Positions 42,224 to 47,247 of a DNA stretch of 47,247 nt are shown here, piece after piece. Position 1 is the first letter of the stretch. The number at the start of each line of letters is the position of its first letter. The notes below the pieces were generated by a model, which did no database searches, was not told the DNA's origin, and was given only the letters and a program-made list of their open reading frames with translations. The position numbers and the translations under genes are program-made. Source of the stretch: Bacillota bacterium (GTDB lineage: Bacteria > Acidobacteriota > Holophagae > Holophagales > Holophagaceae); contig JAJTBC010000045.1 of NCBI GenBank assembly GCA_021287085.1, positions 1-47,247 of the forward strand, in the 5' to 3' direction.

Positions 42224-43114
42224 TTGGCTCATTTCAGTGTGCTGACCGCTGGAAAACTCGAAGCTTTCTGGCTCTGGATGAACCAGACCGGCTGGATGAA
42301 GCTGCAACGGCTTGTGGTCGTGCTGATGATCTGCATGGCGCTGCTCTGGATCGTGCGGCTCATCGGCCGTGCCGTGCGTCGCGCGGTGGATGATGGCAAC
42401 AACGACGTGACCTCCGATGCCGAACGCCGTGCCGATACGCTGGGCTCGGTCCTCAATCAACTGGCCTGGGTTCTGGCCGCGGCCTTCTTCGTGCTGACCA
42501 CCCTTCAGGAATTCGGCGTGAATGTGGGACCGCTCATGGCGGGCGCGGGCATCGCAGGCGTGGCGCTGGGGTTCGGCGCCCAGAGCCTGGTGAAGGACTG
42601 GATTTCGGGATTCTTCATCCTGCTGGAAAACCAGTTTGGGGTTGGCGACATCATCAGCGTGGACACGGGCCATACGGGCACGGTGGAGCGCATGACGTTG
42701 CGCATCACGCAACTGCGGGATGCCGAAGGCAGGGCTCACTACCTTCCCAACGGCAGCATCAGCAAGGTGGTGGTGTTGTCCAAGGATTTCGCCCGCACGC
42801 AGGTGGATGTGGTGGTGCCGCTGGACGCCGATGTGGATCAGGCCATGGAGATGCTTCGGGCCGTGGGTCGCAAACTGGCGGAGGAAAGGCCCGATCTCGT
42901 TCTGGAGCCCACCGAAGTACTGGGGGTCCACTCCTTCGATGGCAGCGGCATTGTGCTGCGCACCCTGACCAAAGTGGGCCCTGGAAAGCAGTGGGAAGTG
43001 GGCCGAGAACTGCGTCTGCGCTACCTCCTGGCCATGCGTGGCGCAGGGCTCACGGTGCCGTTGCCCGAGAGCATCGTCCACCATCGCTCGATTCCCTTGG
43101 AAGCGGTGAAGTAG
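42224..43114 (+). CDS. Mechanosensitive ion channel, MscS family
   Basis: 'GAQSLVKDWISGFFILLENQFGVGDIISV..GTVERMTLRITQLRDAEGRAHYLPNG' is an MscS beta-domain signature. TTG start at 42224 lies 5 nt after AGGAGG. Internal ATGs are possible alternatives. Confidence 0.85.
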   Translation: MAHFSVLTAGKLEAFWLWMNQTGWMKLQRLVVVLMICMALLWIVRLIGRAVRRAVDDGNNDVTSDAERRADTLGSVLNQLAWVLAAAFFVLTTLQEFGVNVGPLMAGAGIAGVALGFGAQSLVKDWISGFFILLENQFGVGDIISVDTGHTGTVERMTLRITQLRDAEGRAHYLPNGSISKVVVLSKDFARTQVDVVVPLDADVDQAMEMLRAVGRKLAEERPDLVLEPTEVLGVHSFDGSGIVLRTLTKVGPGKQWEVGRELRLRYLLAMRGAGLTVPLPESIVHHRSIPLEAVK

Positions 43115-43159
43115 GTGCCGCATCCCTGATCCATCCAGACCAATTCTTCAGGAGCCTCC

Positions 43160-44488
43160 ATGGGCGATCCTCTCTTTTGGCACCGTTTGCAGTTCGGCTT
43201 CACCATCACCTTCCACTACCTCTTTCCCCAGCTCACCATGGGCCTGGCGCTGCTCATCGTGGTGTTCAAAGGGCTGGGGCTGCGCACGGGCAACGAGGCC
43301 TATCACGATCTGGCGCGGTTCTGGATCAAGGTGTTCGGCGTCAGCTTTGCCGTGGGCGTGGTGACGGGCATTCCCATGGAGTTCCAGTTCGGCACCAACT
43401 GGGCCGCCTTCAGCCGTCAGACCGGCGGCGTCATCGGGCAGACCTTGGCCATGGAAGGCATGTTCGCCTTCTTCCTGGAGAGCACGTTCCTGGGCCTTCT
43501 GCTTTGGGGCGAAAAAAAGCTCGGCCCGCGTGGGCATTTCCTGGTGGCGGTGGCGCTTCTGGTGGGGAGCTGGCTTTCGGGCTTCTTCATCATCGTCACC
43601 AACGCGTTCATGCAGCATCCCGTGGGCTACACCTTGGCCAGGGACGGCAGCCTGCAACTGGCCAGCTTCTGGCACTACGTGCTGAATCCCTGGGCCCACG
43701 TGCAGTACGTCCACAACATGATGGGCGCGGTGGTCACAGGCGCTTTCGTGGTGACGGCGGTGGGTGCGTACTGGGCGCTGAAGGGGCTGCATCCGGAACA
43801 CGCGCGACTGAACCTGCGGGTGGGCGTGTTCGCGGGCCTCGTCGGGGCGCTGCTGGTGGCCTTTCCCACCGGGGACCTGCAGGCCAAGATGGTGGCCAAG
43901 CATCAGCCCGTCTCGCTGGCGGCCATGGAGGGGCGCTTCGAGAGCGGCCCCAAGGCGGCGCTGAACCTCATCGGCCAGCCCGATGTGGAAGCCCGCAAAC
44001 TCGACAATCCCGTTCGCCTGCCCGGCATCCTCAGCGTCATCGCCTTCGGTTCCTTCTCCAGCGAGGTGAAGGGCCTCGACGCCTATCCCACGGACCAGTG
44101 GCCCACCAACATTGAGCTTCTGTACTACAGCTTCCGCATCATGGTGGGGTTGGGCACCTTCTTCATCCTGCTCATGGCTCTGGCGGCCTGGCAGACCCGC
44201 AAACAGCGTCTGGAGCGGTCTCGCTGGCTGTTGTGGGCGCTGATGCTGGCCTTTCCTTTTCCCTTCATCGCCAACACTGCCGGGTGGGTGGTATCGGAAA
44301 TGGGGCGACAGCCCTGGCTGGTGTACGGCCTGATCCGCACCTCCGAAGGCGCGAGCCGCGTGGTGCATTCGGGCCAAACCGTGTTCACCACGTTGGGATT
44401 TGCAGGGTTGTACGTGGTGTTGGGTCTGCTCTTTGTCTTTCTGGTGGGCCGGGAGGTGTCCCATGGCCCCGCAGCCCTGAAGCATTAG
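43160..44488 (+). CDS. cydA: Cytochrome bd-type quinol oxidase subunit I
   Basis: N-terminus 'LFWHRLQFGFTITFHYLFPQLTMGLA', 'GWVVSEMGRQPW', 442 aa (short Q-loop type). AGGAG Shine-Dalgarno upstream. Confidence 0.93.
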   Translation: MGDPLFWHRLQFGFTITFHYLFPQLTMGLALLIVVFKGLGLRTGNEAYHDLARFWIKVFGVSFAVGVVTGIPMEFQFGTNWAAFSRQTGGVIGQTLAMEGMFAFFLESTFLGLLLWGEKKLGPRGHFLVAVALLVGSWLSGFFIIVTNAFMQHPVGYTLARDGSLQLASFWHYVLNPWAHVQYVHNMMGAVVTGAFVVTAVGAYWALKGLHPEHARLNLRVGVFAGLVGALLVAFPTGDLQAKMVAKHQPVSLAAMEGRFESGPKAALNLIGQPDVEARKLDNPVRLPGILSVIAFGSFSSEVKGLDAYPTDQWPTNIELLYYSFRIMVGLGTFFILLMALAAWQTRKQRLERSRWLLWALMLAFPFPFIANTAGWVVSEMGRQPWLVYGLIRTSEGASRVVHSGQTVFTTLGFAGLYVVLGLLFVFLVGREVSHGPAALKH

Positions 44489-44497
44489 GAGGCGACC

Positions 44498-45544
44498 ATG
44501 CAGGGGATCTGGTTTGGTGTGGTGTCGGTGATGCTGGCCTTCTATGTGGTGCTGGACGGCTTCGATTTCGGGGCGGGAGGCCTGCATCTCTTCGTGGCGA
44601 AGACCAATGACGAGCGGCGCGCCGTGCTGGGGGCCATCGGGCCCCTGTGGGACGGCAACGAAGTGTGGTTGCTGGCGGCGGGAGGCACCCTGTTGATGAC
44701 CTTCCCGCCGGTGCTTACCGCGGGACTGTCAGGCTTCTACCTGGCCATCTTCGTGGTGCTCTGGCTGCTGCTGCTCCGGGGCATTTCCATCGAATTCCGC
44801 AGCCACGTGCAGGATGGGCTGTGGCGGGCCTTCTGGGATGCCACTTTCGCCTTCAGCAGTCTGCTATTGCCCGTGCTGCTGGGCGCGGCCCTGGGCAACG
44901 TGGTGCGCGGCGTGCCGGTGGACGCCCACGGCGAATTCAACATCCCCCTCTTCACCCATTTCTCCACCTCGAATCCTGTGGGCATTCTCGACTGGTACAC
45001 GATCCTCATGGGCCTCTTCGCGCTGGTGACGCTGCTGGGCCATGGCGCACTATTCCTGATCTGGAAAACCCAGGGCCCCGTTCAGGATCGAAGCCGTCGG
45101 GCGGCGCGGCCTCTGTGGGCAATCGTGACCTTGCTGTGGATACTCACCACGGTCGGCACGGGATGGGTGCAGCCGGTCTTGTTCAAGGCTTTCCTGCATT
45201 CGCCTCTGGCCTGGGGCCTCATGGCCGTGAGCCTCGCTGGCTGGGCGGCCATCGGGCTAGGGTTTGCTCGCTCCCGTCCGCTCCAGGCTTTCCTGGGCTC
45301 CTCCGCCTTCATCGTGGGACTGCTGGCGACCACCGCCGCCTGCCTCTTCCCCGTAATGCTGCGCTCCACGCTGAACGCGGACTGGTCCCTCACCGCTCAC
45401 AACGCCAGTTCTGCGGCCTACGGCCTGAAAGCCGGAATGGGTTGGTGGATCGTGGCCTTCCCGCTGGTGCTGGGCTACTTCGCCTTCCTGTTCTGGATGC
45501 ATCGAGGCAAGGTGAGCGTTCCGCCGGAGGGCGAAGGATACTGA
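44498..45544 (+). CDS. cydB: Cytochrome bd-type quinol oxidase subunit II
   Basis: 'VLDGFDFGAGGL' and 'GPLWDGNEVWLL' are present. Length 348 aa. AGGAGG upstream, 9 nt after the cydA stop. Confidence 0.92.
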   Translation: MQGIWFGVVSVMLAFYVVLDGFDFGAGGLHLFVAKTNDERRAVLGAIGPLWDGNEVWLLAAGGTLLMTFPPVLTAGLSGFYLAIFVVLWLLLLRGISIEFRSHVQDGLWRAFWDATFAFSSLLLPVLLGAALGNVVRGVPVDAHGEFNIPLFTHFSTSNPVGILDWYTILMGLFALVTLLGHGALFLIWKTQGPVQDRSRRAARPLWAIVTLLWILTTVGTGWVQPVLFKAFLHSPLAWGLMAVSLAGWAAIGLGFARSRPLQAFLGSSAFIVGLLATTAACLFPVMLRSTLNADWSLTAHNASSAAYGLKAGMGWWIVAFPLVLGYFAFLFWMHRGKVSVPPEGEGY

Positions 45545-45588
45545 ACGTTTCGACCTGTTTTTTTCTGTTCGTTGCGTGCGAGATTATT

Positions 45589-46440
45589 ATGACTGGTCAT
45601 TTGATGCTTGTGCCCACGCCCATCGGCAATTTGGGCGATCTCACGCAGCGGGCGGCGGAAGCCCTTTCGGAATGCGACCTGGTGGCCTGCGAGGACACGC
45701 GGCGCACAGGGGGCCTGCTCAAACATCTGGGGCTCGAAAAGCCCCTGCTGCGCTTCGACGACCATGCCTCCCAGAGCGCCCAGGAACAGGTGCTGGCGAG
45801 CCTTGCGCAAGGGCGGACCGTGGCCTACTGCTCCGATGCGGGCATGCCGGGCATCAACGATCCGGGCTTCGAATTGGCGCGCATGGCTCGCGAAGCCGGA
45901 GCCAAGGTCACGGTGCTGCCGGGGCCTTCCGCCGTCACCCTGGCGGTGGTGGCATCGGGTCTGCCCAGCCACGCCTTCGGCTTCATGGGCTACGTGCCCA
46001 GCCGCAGCGAGCCTCGGCGCACGTTTCTGCAAAAGCTGGCAGGGCGTGAAGACACCACCGTGGTCTTCGAAACGCCGCACCGCATCCACGACACCTTGAG
46101 CGATCTCGTCGAGCTGTTGCCGGACCGGGAAATGGCGCTGGGCCGGGAGCTGACCAAGCTGCACGAAACGTGGTACCGCGGGGTGCCCGCCGAGGTGCAG
46201 GCCCAGTTGGGCAGCGAGCATCGGGGCGAAATGGTGCTGGTCATCGCCGGGGCCGCCGCCAAGCGCCTGCTGAGCGAAACCGAGGCCCCGGAATGGGGCG
46301 GAACCTTGCCTGACTGGGCCACCCGCTACCTGGAGGCCGCCCGCGAAGGAGGCCTCACCCTGCGCGAGGCCATCAAGCCCCTGAGCCGACATCTGGGGGT
46401 TTCAGCTTCGGAGCTTTATCGGCGAGTGGCGGAAGGGTAG
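45589..46440 (+). CDS. rsmI: 16S rRNA (cytidine1402-2'-O)-methyltransferase RsmI
   Basis: 'LMLVPTPIGNLGDLTQRAAEALSECDLVACEDTRRTGGLLKHLG' and 'SDAGMPGINDPG' are present. The ATG at 45589 is in frame with track ORF 44647-46440, whose upstream part is a shadow of cydB. Confidence 0.9.
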   Translation: MTGHLMLVPTPIGNLGDLTQRAAEALSECDLVACEDTRRTGGLLKHLGLEKPLLRFDDHASQSAQEQVLASLAQGRTVAYCSDAGMPGINDPGFELARMAREAGAKVTVLPGPSAVTLAVVASGLPSHAFGFMGYVPSRSEPRRTFLQKLAGREDTTVVFETPHRIHDTLSDLVELLPDREMALGRELTKLHETWYRGVPAEVQAQLGSEHRGEMVLVIAGAAAKRLLSETEAPEWGGTLPDWATRYLEAAREGGLTLREAIKPLSRHLGVSASELYRRVAEG

Positions 46441-46471
46441 CAACGGATCCATTGCCTCTGGCCTTCGGCCT

Positions 46472-47247
46472 TCAATCCAGTAGTTCCAGCACGGTGGCCA
46501 CGGCCTCTTCGATCTGCGCGGCAGTGGCGGCCAGGGGAGGAAGCAGGTAGAGGCAGGAGCCCATGGGGCGCACCAGCAGGCCTTTTTCCAGGGCGCGGCG
46601 ATGGAGGCTCCAACCAAAGCGCCTTTCGGGCGAATGAGGCTGGCCGGTGGCGGGATCCACCATCTGGCAGGCTGCCACCGTACCCAAGGTGCGGGCGCGA
46701 CGCACGGCAGGATGAGCGGCGAGAGGGCCCCAGGCCCGGCGCAGGGCGTCGCTCAAGGTTTGGGCCCGTTCCAGGACGGGTTCGTCGTCGAAGAGCGCGA
46801 GGCTGGCCACGGCCACGGCGCAAGCGGTGGCGTTGGCCGTGTAGGTGTGGCCGTGGAAGAAGGTGCGATCCATGTCGCCCCAGAACTGGGCGTACACGGC
46901 TTCGGTGGTCCAGGTGAGAGCCAGTGGCAGCAGACCCCCCGTAAGGCCTTTGGAAAGGCACAGGAAATCCGGTTGGATGCGCGCTTGTTCCAGGGCCAGG
47001 AAGGTGCCCGTGCGTCCGAAGCCCGTCATGACTTCATCCAGGATCAGGTACACGCCGTGGCGATCGCATTGCGTACGGATTTCCTGGAGCAGTTCTGGCG
47101 CCCAGAAGCGCATGCCCCCTGCGCCCTGGATGAGCGGTTCCGCCACGAAGGCGGCTAATTTCTCGCCATGGGCGCGGAAGTACGCGATGACGTTCTGGCG
47201 GGCGGCCTCCAGCCAAGCGGGATCAGTGTTCTCGGGAACCAGCTCCC
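46472..47247 (-). CDS. bioA: Adenosylmethionine-8-amino-7-oxononanoate aminotransferase BioA (5' end outside window)
   Basis: 'EPLIQGAGGM', 'LDEVMTGFGRTG' and the PLP-lysine region 'LCLSKGLTGG' are present. The reading frame stays open to the window edge (...LAAFVAEPLIQ...), so the gene is truncated. Confidence 0.88.
   Translation of the reverse strand, partial: ELVPENTDPAWLEAARQNVIAYFRAHGEKLAAFVAEPLIQGAGGMRFWAPELLQEIRTQCDRHGVYLILDEVMTGFGRTGTFLALEQARIQPDFLCLSKGLTGGLLPLALTWTTEAVYAQFWGDMDRTFFHGHTYTANATACAVAVASLALFDDEPVLERAQTLSDALRRAWGPLAAHPAVRRARTLGTVAACQMVDPATGQPHSPERRFGWSLHRRALEKGLLVRPMGSCLYLLPPLAATAAQIEEAVATVLELLD

Noticed and set aside
44647-45588. Upstream 314 codons of the 597-aa track ORF 44647-46440, and likewise the upstream parts of 27522-29039 and 28382-29848.
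   Set aside because: These are out-of-frame shadows of cydB and of the ABC genes. The real genes (rsmI, second ATPase, second permease) begin at internal ATGs with family-typical N-termini.

Overview
GC-rich (about 65%) bacterial chromosomal window, densely coded. I call 38 CDS (one truncated at the right edge) and one tRNA-Pro(GGG). The gene content (PEGA and TPR envelope proteins, many sigma-54-type features, pilB-pilT-pilC order, multicopper oxidase plus c-type haem) fits an Acidobacteriota/Holophagae-like or deltaproteobacteria-like Gram-negative, but that is a guess. I found no transposase, integrase, phage gene, CRISPR array, toxin-antitoxin pair or recognisable defence gene, and no compositional island, so this reads as core chromosome rather than an accessory region. 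Recognisable housekeeping genes: MarC-family protein, NupC-type nucleoside transporter, mutL, purine nucleoside phosphorylase, M23 peptidase, HAD phosphatase, a glutamate/dicarboxylate symporter, alanine-aminotransferase-like enzyme, rsmB, M28 peptidase, pilC/pilT/pilB, MscS channel, cydAB, rsmI and a partial bioA. The less ordinary parts are: (1) a tightly packed operon of three envelope proteins ending in a sigma-54 activator with a roughly 700-aa Trp-rich N-terminal region of no recognisable type (6.6-13.6 kb); (2) a translationally coupled operon of a lipoprotein multicopper oxidase, a small secreted protein and a cytochrome c::periplasmic-binding-protein fusion (13.6-17.9 kb); (3) a HEAT-repeat protein with a C-terminal pseudo-receiver whose phospho-Asp position is Glu; (4) a PilB with two tandem MshEN-type c-di-GMP motifs, divergent from an uncharacterised helical protein plus a degenerate-REC-GAF-GGDEF cyclase; (5) an (ATPase-permease)x2 ABC-2-type exporter. 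All functional hypotheses come from motif reading only; no database search was possible. None of these is demonstrably a new system on sequence alone, and I rank (1) and (2) as most worth follow-up.
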